NCBI GenBank assembly: GCA_964566405.1
Contig: CAZMIN010000001.1
Span: 1,755 to 65,754 of the forward strand
DNA: 64,000 nucleotides
Reading direction: 5' to 3'
Source: Candidatus Woesearchaeota archaeon
GTDB taxonomy: Archaea > Nanobdellota > Nanobdellia > Pacearchaeales > GW2011-AR1
Shown here in pieces: positions 20,716-29,789 of the stretch. A program made the position numbers and the translations under genes. Positions within the stretch are counted from its first letter, which is position 1; every line of letters starts with the position of its first letter. The notes under the pieces were generated by a model. It was not told the DNA's origin. It saw only the letters and a list, made by a program, of their open reading frames with translations, and ran no database searches.

Positions 20716-21255
20716 TTATTTCTTCTTTTTCCGTTTATTCTTATCAAACTTCTTATTAAAGTAATAGGCCAGCCAGATTAAAACCACCAACCCAACTAAA
20801 GATAAAAGGAACTTAAGCCAGTCATCTGCAAATCTCCAGAAACCACCAACACCCCAGAGAATTATTCCAACACCACCACCCATTAAACCAGCCCCGACAG
20901 ATTCTAATCCAAAAATGATTGCTCCCAAGGCAATAATAGCTATTCCTAACGGAAGTGTTATCAAAAATAACGTTCTGGAATATTTTTCATTAGCATCTTC
21001 TAGCTCTTGTCTACATGTAAAGTCTCTATCACAATAGATTTCTGCACCCCCTACTAATCTAGGACCTGTATAAGAACCCCACTGCCCACCAATCTCTTCA
21101 CACCTCTCCTGAGTTTCAATTATTTCCGGTGTCTTAAATTCATCACAAAAATCTGAATATTCTGGGGAATTATAAAAAGTATTAATACCATAAACTGCAA
21201 CAGAGATTGTCAGGATAATTATTGCAATTCCTATAACAACGTTCTTTAGACTCAT
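20716..21255 (-). CDS. Hypothetical membrane protein with Cys-containing extracellular loop
   Basis: One N-terminal and three C-terminal TM segments. Confidence 0.75.
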   Translation of the reverse strand: MSLKNVVIGIAIIILTISVAVYGINTFYNSPEYSDFCDEFKTPEIIETQERCEEIGGQWGSYTGPRLVGGAEIYCDRDFTCRQELEDANEKYSRTLFLITLPLGIAIIALGAIIFGLESVGAGLMGGGVGIILWGVGGFWRFADDWLKFLLSLVGLVVLIWLAYYFNKKFDKNKRKKKK

Positions 21256-21305
21256 AAATTCCTAAAGCTTAAAAGATTTATAAAGCTTGTCAAATAACAA
21301 ATTTC

Positions 21306-21716
21306 ATGACAGAATATGAAAAATTATTGGAAGATGCTTATGGGAGGATAAAACATGCTGAAAGTTCTAGCACCCGATTCGAGATTCCAAAGGCAGAAGG
21401 TCATTTTGAAGGAAGAAAGACAATTATCTCAAATTTCTGTCAAATTGTTTCACACTTAAGGAGAAAACCAGAACATTTCCAGAAATTTATGTTAAGAGAG
21501 TTAGCTGCATCTGGTCAGAGAGAGGGAGACCGCTTAGTTCTCAACATAAAAGTCCCGAGCGCTAAAATAAACCAGAAGATAGAAGCATATACGAAAGAAT
21601 TTGTTCTATGTAAGGAATGTGGAAAACCAGATACAGAGCTAACGAAAGAAGACAGGATAAGCTTTGTCCATTGTTTAGCTTGTGGAGCGAAGCACTCTGT
21701 TCGAAGCAAGATATGA
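21306..21716 (+). CDS. eif2b: Translation initiation factor aIF-2 beta
   Basis: YEKLL, RFEIP, CKECGKPDT...CLACGA. Confidence 0.95.
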   Translation: MTEYEKLLEDAYGRIKHAESSSTRFEIPKAEGHFEGRKTIISNFCQIVSHLRRKPEHFQKFMLRELAASGQREGDRLVLNIKVPSAKINQKIEAYTKEFVLCKECGKPDTELTKEDRISFVHCLACGAKHSVRSKI

Positions 21717-21718
21717 TT

Positions 21719-22027
21719 TTAATTGAGAACTAGGGTCCTAATTCTTTGATGAACTAAATCAAGATATTCTGAAGGCCCTATAGTGTAATAAACCCCTTGA
21801 TTTTCCACATCTGGAAATTCTAAACCACCAAAAAAATTACGGCCCCCCCTAATTGACTCTACCGCCCTATTTTATTCTATCAAAAGATTATCAAGATCTA
21901 GTTCATATAGGTTGTTTCTCGCTTTAACTCTTGCCCTAAGTCTTCCCCCTAATCTAAAATCACAAATTACAAAATGTCCAAAAACACGCCCAAACTCAGG
22001 TGAGTTAATAGTCCACGCTCTTGTCAT
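21719..22027 (-). pseudogene. 103-codon orphan ORF with one in-frame TAA at 21872-21874
   Basis: MTRAWTINSPEFGRVFG...LLIE*NRAVESIRGG...RTLVLN*; fills the whole intergenic gap. Confidence 0.5.
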
Positions 22028-22130
22028 AAAAAATTGAAATCAAAAGCATATTTAAGTTTTTATATAGTAAATATAAAATAAATACCTTTAAAAAACAAAT
22101 CTTCCTTAAAAATCTAACAGGAGGTTAAAA

Positions 22131-22340
22131 ATGGTAAGCGGATATTGTGTAAAATGTGGTAGAGGAGATTCATCAAAGGGTAAAGGTAAAGAGATGAAAA
22201 ATCCCGAAGTCAAGCAAACTGCAAGAGGAGGGTACATGGCTCAAGGAAACTGTGTTACGTGTGATACAAGAATGAGTGCTATGTTATCCAAAGACAATGC
22301 AGAAAAAGCTATGAAAGACGGGGCAAAGAAATCTTTTTAA
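22131..22340 (+). CDS. Small zinc-ribbon protein, DUF5679-like
   Basis: YCVKC...EMKNP...G.CVTC.T.M pattern; GGAGGT SD. Confidence 0.75.
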   Translation: MVSGYCVKCGRGDSSKGKGKEMKNPEVKQTARGGYMAQGNCVTCDTRMSAMLSKDNAEKAMKDGAKKSF

Positions 22341-22363
22341 AGGTATTAGCCCCTCTATTTTTT

Positions 22364-22663
22364 ATGATGTTCATAAATGTAATTAAAACATATAGGGACG
22401 TTGTTGCTATTTGTGATAAGAATTTACTAGGGAAAAAATTTGAAGAAGGTAAGTTCCAGTTAGATATTAAAGAGAATTTCTATAAGGGAGAAGAGGCTTC
22501 TGAAGAAGAAGCAATAAAAATAATAAAAGACATGTCTAAAGAAGACTCTACGTTTAGTATTGCTGGAGAAGAAGCCGTCAATACAGCATTAAAAGCAGAG
22601 ATAATTTCTAAAGAAGGGATTAAAAAAATACAAGGCATTCCTTTTGCACTGGTATTAATGTAA
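22364..22663 (+). CDS. DUF424 family protein
   Basis: VVAICDKNLLGKKF, FYKGE, IQGIPFA. Confidence 0.85.
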   Translation: MMFINVIKTYRDVVAICDKNLLGKKFEEGKFQLDIKENFYKGEEASEEEAIKIIKDMSKEDSTFSIAGEEAVNTALKAEIISKEGIKKIQGIPFALVLM

Positions 22664-22664
22664 T

Positions 22665-22997
22665 ATGGGATATTATAAAAAACAAAACAAAAACCAGGAA
22701 GAAGAAAAGGTCACAAGAGTCAAATTACCAAGAGGGAGGGAAGTATTAGGAATTATAGAACAGAGGCTTGGTGGAAATAAAATGTTGGTGAATTGTCTGG
22801 ATGGAAAGACCAGAAACTGTAGAGTCCCTGGAAGATTAAGAAGAAGATTATGGCTTCGTCCAAACGATGTTGTTATTATAGAGCCTTGGGAGTTAGGTGG
22901 GGACAAAAAAGGAGATATTATTTTCAAATATCGTCTAAATCAAGTAGACTGGTTGAAAAAGAACGGCTATCTAAAAACAGAAGAAACAGAATTTTAA
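22665..22997 (+). CDS. eif1a: Translation initiation factor aIF-1A
   Basis: RLGGNKMLVNCLDGKTR.CRVPGRL, KGDIIFKY. Confidence 0.95.
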   Translation: MGYYKKQNKNQEEEKVTRVKLPRGREVLGIIEQRLGGNKMLVNCLDGKTRNCRVPGRLRRRLWLRPNDVVIIEPWELGGDKKGDIIFKYRLNQVDWLKKNGYLKTEETEF

Positions 22998-23497
22998 TGG
23001 AAACAATATATTGCGAAAAGATTCCTAGAATAATAAAGAACAAAAAAAGACTAGAAGAAAAGCTCAATGTTAAAATAAAAAATAGGGGTAAAGAGGTAAC
23101 CATAGAAGGAAAACCTGAAGACGAATACATAGCAGAAAAAGTTATTGACGCATTAAATTTTGGATTCCCTTTTTCCATTGCTTTAAGGATAAAAGATGAA
23201 AACAATACTTTTGAAATAATGAATATAAAAGACTATACGAAGAGAAAAGACCTAAAACGAATAAGAGCGAGAATCATAGGGAAAGGTGGGAGATCTCTCG
23301 CGACATTTCATCAACTCACAAAATGTAACTTTGAGTTAAAAGATAATTCTGTGGGAATCATTGGAGACCCTGAATACATAGAAAACGCACAGGAAGCTAT
23401 TACATCTCTTATCAAGGGTTCAAAACATGCGAACGTTTATAGTCATCTAGAAAAGCATCAGGTCAAACCTGTCGTTGATTTAGGTTTGAAAGAATAA
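22997..23497 (+). CDS. KH-domain rRNA-processing protein (Dim2/Pno1/Krr1-like)
   Basis: ARIIGKGG KH motif, LIKGSKHANVY; ATG overlaps the aIF-1A TAA. Confidence 0.88.
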   Translation: METIYCEKIPRIIKNKKRLEEKLNVKIKNRGKEVTIEGKPEDEYIAEKVIDALNFGFPFSIALRIKDENNTFEIMNIKDYTKRKDLKRIRARIIGKGGRSLATFHQLTKCNFELKDNSVGIIGDPEYIENAQEAITSLIKGSKHANVYSHLEKHQVKPVVDLGLKE

Positions 23498-23530
23498 GCT
23501 TTAAATAGAGTTCTCAATTCCAAGATTTAT

Positions 23531-23604
23531 GTCCCGGTAGCTCAGTTGGTCAGAGCGAACGGCTGTTAACCGTTAGGTCGGAGGTTCGAGTCCTCCCCGG
23601 GACG
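23531..23604 (+). tRNA. tRNA-Asn(GTT)
   Basis: Acceptor GTCCCGG/CCGGGAC; anticodon arm AACGG-CTGTTAA-CCGTT; TTCGAGT. Confidence 0.96.
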
Positions 23605-23613
23605 TTTTCTAAA

Positions 23614-24693
23614 ATGAAGTCAAGAGTTCTCATGGCCATGTCTGGAGGGGTTGATTCAAGCGTAGCAGCCCTCTTGATGAAGAAAAAAGGATATGATGTT
23701 ATAGGAGTTTTTATGAAGAACTGGAGCGATACAAAAGATCTGATTACAGGAGAGTGTTCTTGGAAAGAAGACAGAAAAATGGCAATGAAAATTGCTGCAA
23801 AACTCGAGATTCCACTAATCACTCTTGATTTTGAAAAAGAATACAGAAGAGATGTCGTAGACAAAATGTTCAAAAACTATAGGAAGGGAATTACCCCAAA
23901 CCCTGACATAGACTGCAACCAGAAAATAAAATTCCCTCTCCTCTGGAAAGCCGCAAAGAAACTAAAGGCAGACTATATAGTAACAGGACATTATTCAAGA
24001 ATAAAAAATAACAAATTATACAGAGCAAAAGATGAATCCAAAGACCAGTCTTATTTTCTTTACAGATTAAATCAAGATGATTTAAAACATTCTCTGTTTC
24101 CTATAGGGGATTACACTAAAAAGAAAGTCAGGGAAATAGCAAGAAAAAATAAATTTCCAAATTTCGACAGAAAAGGCACTGTGGGAATCTGTTTTATAGG
24201 AAAAATAAATCTAAAGAAATTTTTGCAGAAGAAGATTAAACCAAAGAAAGGAAAAATTCTAGACCCTGAAGGAAACCTGATTGGAGAACACGATGGAATA
24301 TATTATTATACTATTGGCCAGAGAATAGGCCCTAGGTTTGGTATGGAAATAGATAAGGGAAAAAGAATGAAGAGATGGTATGTAGCAAGAAAAAATCTGA
24401 AAAGAAATGAAATAATCGCAGCCCCAGAATCACACCCGTTAAACCTAAGAAAAGAAATCATAATGAAAAATACCCATTGGATAAGTAAAGAACCAAGCAA
24501 GAATAAAAAAACCAGGGTTTTAGCTAGGATAAGACAGGTCGGAGAACTTCTTACAAGCACAATATTCTATGATAAAAAAAAGAAGAGATTTAGAGTCATT
24601 ATTAACAAAGCCATAACAGGAGTTTCAGAAGGCCAGGCAATTGTTCTCTACAGAGGAAAAGAAGTTCTCGGAGGGGGTGTGATAGGGTTTTAG
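23614..24693 (+). CDS. mnmA: tRNA-specific 2-thiouridylase MnmA, bacterial type
   Basis: MSGGVDSS, TPNPDIDCN, TGHY, KDQSYFL, GICFIG, YTIGQR, GQAIVLY. Confidence 0.93.
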   Translation: MKSRVLMAMSGGVDSSVAALLMKKKGYDVIGVFMKNWSDTKDLITGECSWKEDRKMAMKIAAKLEIPLITLDFEKEYRRDVVDKMFKNYRKGITPNPDIDCNQKIKFPLLWKAAKKLKADYIVTGHYSRIKNNKLYRAKDESKDQSYFLYRLNQDDLKHSLFPIGDYTKKKVREIARKNKFPNFDRKGTVGICFIGKINLKKFLQKKIKPKKGKILDPEGNLIGEHDGIYYYTIGQRIGPRFGMEIDKGKRMKRWYVARKNLKRNEIIAAPESHPLNLRKEIIMKNTHWISKEPSKNKKTRVLARIRQVGELLTSTIFYDKKKKRFRVIINKAITGVSEGQAIVLYRGKEVLGGGVIGF

Positions 24694-25049
24694 TTTAAAA
24701 CCACTTCCTGAAGTCCGGTTCCCCCAGAGATATTCCTTCCCCCGGTCTCACAATAGTCGGCTATAACACCCACCGCATCATTATAATTACCCACATCAAA
24801 AAATCCATGTAACTCTTTAAGTTCTAATGAAAATTCCTGGGTGTCAACTTCACCCCCCTCTAACAACCTCTCAAGAATCAAATATTTGTACACTGGATGA
24901 GAATTGAGTGTATTAAATAATTGAGGATGCATACATGGTTCTCCTTGTTTAAGACCCTCTAATCTTTCCTTATATTCTCCCAATTTAGCTCTTAGTGCAT
25001 TTACCCTAAATTCGTTTTCGGGTAAAACAATTCTTGGGCCTTCTTCCAT
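24690..25049 (-). CDS. Hypothetical protein
   Basis: 119-aa ORF with TATA-like element upstream. Confidence 0.65.
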   Translation of the reverse strand: MEEGPRIVLPENEFRVNALRAKLGEYKERLEGLKQGEPCMHPQLFNTLNSHPVYKYLILERLLEGGEVDTQEFSLELKELHGFFDVGNYNDAVGVIADYCETGGRNISGGTGLQEVVLN

Positions 25050-25122
25050 GTTATCATAGATTTGAAGAGATTTATAAAGATTTATACACTAATTTTAAAA
25101 ACATCCCTATACTCTATAAAAC

Positions 25123-25680
25123 ATGGAATTAGATAAAGCAATCAAATCCAGAAAAAGCACCAGGAAATTTAAATCTAAGAAGCCAGACTGGCGGTTGATT
25201 GTTGAATGCATAGATGCGGCCAGATATGCCTCTATGGCAGGAGGAAACTACACCCTAAAATTCATTCTAGTAGATGATTCAGAGACGATACAAAAAATGG
25301 CAGACTGTGCGCAACAGGATTTCATTGCTCAGGCACAATACGTCGTGGTTGTTTGCTCAAATTCATCGAGAACAATGAATGCCTATGGAAAACGAGGAGA
25401 GATATACTGCAGACAACAGGCAGGTGCTGCGATACAGAATTTCTTGTTGAAGATAGAAGAATCAGGACTCTCTACATGCTGGATAGGTCATTTCACAGAA
25501 CAAGAGATTAAAGACGGATTAAAAATTCCAGAAGGGGTAAATGTCGAGGCTTTTTTCCCGATAGGATATGAATATGAAAAAAAGAGGACGAGAAAAGCAA
25601 AGATAGATTTGGATAATATTCTTTACTTCAACAAATACAAACAAAAGAAGTTGAAAAAACCCAAGAAGTTTAGTGCTTAA
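25123..25680 (+). CDS. Nitroreductase family protein
   Basis: IKSRKSTRKF, A.QNFLL...GLSTCWIG, PIGY. Confidence 0.88.
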   Translation: MELDKAIKSRKSTRKFKSKKPDWRLIVECIDAARYASMAGGNYTLKFILVDDSETIQKMADCAQQDFIAQAQYVVVVCSNSSRTMNAYGKRGEIYCRQQAGAAIQNFLLKIEESGLSTCWIGHFTEQEIKDGLKIPEGVNVEAFFPIGYEYEKKRTRKAKIDLDNILYFNKYKQKKLKKPKKFSA

Positions 25681-25703
25681 ACTGCGCGGAAAAAAGGAGT
25701 TAA

Positions 25704-25979
25704 TTAATTAGGAGTAAATTGGCCTTCGTATTTTATAGGTTCTCTTATATCTGCATTAGGTATCTTTTCATCATGGAGATATTTACGTAATAACCCAAAT
25801 CTTCTATTATGATTTATAACAACACCACCCCCTTTCCGAAGAGCAAACCAATCATAAGGATGTATTTCTCTTTGGACCTCATAACTTTGAGGGGTCATTT
25901 CATCAATCACCCCTTCTTCTACTTGTAAAAGAGTTCCTTCTGGTACTACCACTTCCTCTAAAATTTCTGCTCCTGTCAT
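25704..25979 (-). CDS. Hypothetical protein
   Basis: 91-aa ORF. Confidence 0.55.
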   Translation of the reverse strand: MTGAEILEEVVVPEGTLLQVEEGVIDEMTPQSYEVQREIHPYDWFALRKGGGVVINHNRRFGLLRKYLHDEKIPNADIREPIKYEGQFTPN

Positions 25980-25980
25980 T

Positions 25981-26022
25981 TCAAAAAATAAAAAATTAAA
26001 CTTCAGGGATTTCTCCCTGAAG
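25981..26022 (-). terminator. Hairpin terminator downstream of ftsZ
   Basis: CTTCAGGGA-TTTC-TCCCTGAAG perfect 9-bp stem at 26001-26022, followed by a T-rich tract on the minus strand. Confidence 0.7.
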
Positions 26023-26037
26023 TAAAATAAATTTGGC

Positions 26038-27117
26038 TTATCCCCAGACTTCTATGCCTAGGTCTGAAACCTCTTTAGCAATCGGTTGTGCTTGCTCGTC
26101 GATAGACTTTCCTAATACATACGGAGACTTAACTCCTGTCATAATAGTTACCACACGAACCTTCCCAGTGAACTCTTTACTAATCCTAGCACCAATGATT
26201 ACTTGTGCTTCAGGGCTCAGGTTTTCAGAGACAATTCTTCCAACATGGTCAAATTCCTCCAGCTTTAAATCTGGTCCGCAAGTCACGTGTATCAAAGCTC
26301 CGCTAGCACCTACATAATCCACGTCAAGTAGAGGATGTGTGAGGGCTTGCTTGACAGCTTCATTAACACGATCTGTTGAGTTATCTTCTCCAATACCAAT
26401 AACAGCCACACCACCGTTCTTCATAATTGAAGAAACATCTGCATAATCCAAATTGATTAAGCTCGGCAATGTTATTGTCTCTACAATTCCTCGAATCATT
26501 GTACTGACCAATTCATTAGCAACTGCGAAAGCGTGTTCAATAGGCAACTGTCCTGCAATATCTACCAGCCTATTGTTGTCAAGAACAATGCATGTATCTG
26601 CTACTTCTCTCAACTCTTGTAAACCAAACTCAGCCTTATCTATCCTGGCTTTCTCAGATTCAAAAGGCATTGTAACAACACCTATGACTACTGCGCCAGT
26701 TTCTCTAGCTAGCTGAGCAATTACTGGGGCTGCGCCTGTTCCTGTTCCACCACCGAGTCCTGTCAGAACAAATACCATGTCTGCGCCTGAGACAGCTTTC
26801 TTCAAATCCACCAGAGCCTCTTTTGCAGCTTCTCTTCCTACTTTTGGCTTTCCTCCAGCACCCAAACCTCTGGTCAGCTCCTTACCAAGAAGAAGCTTTT
26901 CGTCAGCTTTTGAAACACTCAAGTGAAGTGCGTCTGTGTTTGTCGCATAGATAGTGGCACCATTGATTCCTTGATTAAAGAGCCAGGTCACCGCATTACA
27001 ACCCATACCGCCAACACCAATAACCTTAATGTTAGCCTTTCCAGCACGTAACTCGTCAAAATTAATGCTGTGGGTTTCTGTTTTCTGTATCGCTTCTTGT
27101 GCAAAATCTAATACCAT
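26038..27117 (-). CDS. ftsZ: Cell division protein FtsZ
   Basis: GVGGMG.N, NTD, GLGGGTGTG signature, INLDYADV; GGAGG SD. Confidence 0.97.
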   Translation of the reverse strand: MVLDFAQEAIQKTETHSINFDELRAGKANIKVIGVGGMGCNAVTWLFNQGINGATIYATNTDALHLSVSKADEKLLLGKELTRGLGAGGKPKVGREAAKEALVDLKKAVSGADMVFVLTGLGGGTGTGAAPVIAQLARETGAVVIGVVTMPFESEKARIDKAEFGLQELREVADTCIVLDNNRLVDIAGQLPIEHAFAVANELVSTMIRGIVETITLPSLINLDYADVSSIMKNGGVAVIGIGEDNSTDRVNEAVKQALTHPLLDVDYVGASGALIHVTCGPDLKLEEFDHVGRIVSENLSPEAQVIIGARISKEFTGKVRVVTIMTGVKSPYVLGKSIDEQAQPIAKEVSDLGIEVWG

Positions 27118-27328
27118 TTTTTTAACCTCCTTCTATCTTTATGAAATTGGAAGTGCCTATCCCGCCTTTTTTCAGAAAGGTTTAAATAGTTTACACAATT
27201 CCAACTAACAATAAAGAATTCACCTTATTATCTATTCAAACCGCCATTTGAATAAATATTACAAAAAAATAAATACCTTGTTCTTTAAAAATATTTTGTT
27301 TCTCGGAAATATATTTTTTTGAGCGTTT

Positions 27329-27901
27329 TTATGAACGAAGTAGTCTTTTAATTAAATCTTCTCTACTCCTTGGCACAAACCAGCTTCTCGCAAAATGAGT
27401 TTGATGATCATATTGACAAAAACCCAACACCCCAATAAGGTTGATTAATCCCTCTTCGGTCCTAGAGCGTGTGAACCCTCCTCTTTTAGAAACTTCTGAA
27501 ATATAGAATAGGGGATAACGATTATTTATTCCCAGTGCTCTTAATTCTCTATTTCTTTCATAGACAGTCTCTAAAATTTCCAAATCTTCATCAAGAAAGC
27601 TCTTTGAAAAAACCCCGCTATGTAGGGATTCCAAAACAGCCCCCTCATTCACATCCGGAATAAAAAAATTGTGAAAATAAAATCCATTATACCCCTGAAT
27701 TTTTTCAAACCCTAATACCCCATACAAAGATCTTATTAATTTAGTAGATCTTGAATTTCTATCAAGATAATCTCGAGACCTAAAGGTTTCTCTGATCCAT
27801 TCTTCATCATTACCCCTACTAATTGGCAGAGCAAGAGCATGAAAATTATCTGAAAGAAATCTGAATTGAGAGTTTCTCAATGGTATAGTGTATTCAACCA
27901 T
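27329..27901 (-). CDS. Hypothetical protein, possible C-terminal HTH
   Basis: 190-aa ORF; YISEVSKRGGFTRSRTEEGL is HTH-like. Confidence 0.55.
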   Translation of the reverse strand: MVEYTIPLRNSQFRFLSDNFHALALPISRGNDEEWIRETFRSRDYLDRNSRSTKLIRSLYGVLGFEKIQGYNGFYFHNFFIPDVNEGAVLESLHSGVFSKSFLDEDLEILETVYERNRELRALGINNRYPLFYISEVSKRGGFTRSRTEEGLINLIGVLGFCQYDHQTHFARSWFVPRSREDLIKRLLRS

Positions 27902-27946
27902 AAAAATAGCTATTTAAATTATTTAAAAAGATTTATGAGATAAATT

Positions 27947-28612
27947 TCACTCTTTTTCAAGAATTTCTGCCTTAATATTTTCCTCTTTGCACAAATCTAC
28001 AAATTCTTGAGCGTCGTCTTGGCTTCCGACAATACTTCCCCAGTGCATCGGTATTGCTAAAGAAGGTTTGATTATCTTCGCTGCTTCGACAGCTTCCTCT
28101 GCGCTCATTGTAAACCTTCCACCGACAGGAAGGAGCGCTACAAATTCTTTGTCTTCCTGTTTGTAGCCTGTAAGTTTCTGCATCTCTGGAATAATATCTG
28201 TGTCTCCTGCATGATATATCAGGACATCATTCGTCTTTATCAGATATCCTACCCAGGATTCCTCTTTCGGATGAAAGTGCTTATCTATATTATAAGAAGG
28301 TAGGGTAGATATTTCAACATCCCCGAGATCTAATTCCCGACCAGGTTCTATAATCTCTATCTTGATAGGAACATCGAACTTTGTTATTTTGCTCTGGCAA
28401 TCTGCAGGAGCAACTATCCTTGTCCCTTCTTTAATAATCTTCTCCATGTCTGCGACACTACAGTGATCATAATGAGAATGAGTCAACAAAATTAAATCAG
28501 CCTTTTCAGAACCCTCTTTGATGTTGTAAGGATCAATATAAATCACTCTGGAGTTCTTAATCATAAACCCTGCATGCCCCAACCATTTTATCTCAACTTC
28601 ACCAATCTTCAT
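27947..28612 (-). CDS. Metallo-beta-lactamase fold hydrolase
   Basis: WLGHA, IDPY, THSHYDH, YHAGDT, IPMHW. Confidence 0.92.
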   Translation of the reverse strand: MKIGEVEIKWLGHAGFMIKNSRVIYIDPYNIKEGSEKADLILLTHSHYDHCSVADMEKIIKEGTRIVAPADCQSKITKFDVPIKIEIIEPGRELDLGDVEISTLPSYNIDKHFHPKEESWVGYLIKTNDVLIYHAGDTDIIPEMQKLTGYKQEDKEFVALLPVGGRFTMSAEEAVEAAKIIKPSLAIPMHWGSIVGSQDDAQEFVDLCKEENIKAEILEKE

Positions 28613-28636
28613 TTCTTAAGAAAAAATGCTGGGTTT

Positions 28637-29137
28637 TTAAGGATTTTGGATGTTTCTGCTCCATTCTCCTGTTTTTCCTGTCTTCAGTTGTCTGTCTAAA
28701 ATCTCTAACTCTTCGTAAATTCCCTCTATTAAATCAAAATTCTTTGCCTCTTCAAGATTAACCCATTTGAAATCAGTAAGGGCAGAGCATAGCCTAACAT
28801 CTTCACCGACAGGTTCCGCCCATAGACTAACAATGATACAAGGAATTTTATCTTCCCTCAGATAGACCATGCTCGTCACATAACCTATATCCTTAATCTC
28901 CAATCCAACTTCTTCCCGAACCTCTCTCTTCACTAAATCTTCAAATACATTATACCAATGGTGAGGTGTATCTTTTTCTCTGAGAACATAATCTAGAACT
29001 TCTAGTTTCCCGCCAGGAACAGTCCATCTCCCTGGAAAAGCTTTTTCCCAATCAGCCCTCTTGACAATTAGGAATTTCCCGTCTTTAACCAGAATTCCTG
29101 TAACAACGACATAATGAATCATATTTCTATTGTACAT
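28637..29137 (-). CDS. NUDIX hydrolase
   Basis: WTVPGGK...REVREEVGL. Confidence 0.88.
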   Translation of the reverse strand: MYNRNMIHYVVVTGILVKDGKFLIVKRADWEKAFPGRWTVPGGKLEVLDYVLREKDTPHHWYNVFEDLVKREVREEVGLEIKDIGYVTSMVYLREDKIPCIIVSLWAEPVGEDVRLCSALTDFKWVNLEEAKNFDLIEGIYEELEILDRQLKTGKTGEWSRNIQNP

Positions 29138-29189
29138 GGTTTTTCTTCAGTATAATTATATTTAAATAGTTCCTCAAAAAATTTGACTT

Positions 29190-29789
29190 ATGGAAAAAAA
29201 GATACTTAGGGCATTCTTACACAATCACAGATTAAAATTCAATGAGATAGAAAAAATAACGAAAATACGTTCAAATAACTTAACATATCATCTGAAGAAA
29301 CTAATCGATAAAAACATCTTAAATAAGAAAGCAGATAATTATGAATTAACAGAAACCTCTGAAGACCTCATACCTTATATCTCTGATAAAAAAGCTGTTC
29401 TTCCTGTGGTTCTGATTTCTATAAAAAATACAAAAGGTGTGTTTCTCTATCAAAGACAAAAGCGCCCTTACAAAGACAAATCAAGTCTTCCGGGAGGAAG
29501 AATAAAATTAGGAGAAACAATTCCTCAGGCAACAGAAAGAATAATGAGAGAGAAATTTAGAATAAATTGTAAATTCAAAAATATAAACTCAATATCTCTA
29601 GAGCACGTGAAGAAAAATGGAAAAATCATTCACTCCTTCTTATTGATATTAGTAACAGCGACGACAAAAGACAAAATAGAATACACAAATCTAAAAGACA
29701 AAAAAGAAATAATTTCCAGCGATTATAGATTAATCAAGAACGACCTGAACAGAGAAACAAAAATCCAGAATATTATTTCACGAATTTAA
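29190..29789 (+). CDS. Winged-HTH plus degenerate NUDIX protein, putative regulator
   Basis: LKFNEI...SNNLTYHLKKL wHTH; LPGGRIKLGETIPQATERIMREK degenerate Nudix box. Confidence 0.8.
   Translation: MEKKILRAFLHNHRLKFNEIEKITKIRSNNLTYHLKKLIDKNILNKKADNYELTETSEDLIPYISDKKAVLPVVLISIKNTKGVFLYQRQKRPYKDKSSLPGGRIKLGETIPQATERIMREKFRINCKFKNINSISLEHVKKNGKIIHSFLLILVTATTKDKIEYTNLKDKKEIISSDYRLIKNDLNRETKIQNIISRI

Noticed and set aside
21872..21874. Stop-codon reassignment
   Set aside because: TAA, TAG and TGA all terminate conserved genes at expected positions, and long genes have no internal stops.
23550..23873. 107-aa minus-strand ORF
   Set aside because: Antisense to tRNA-Asn and mnmA.
27152..27159. 8-nt match (TAGGCACT, minus strand) to the glyS repeat in the ftsZ leader
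   Set aside because: Too short to distinguish from chance.
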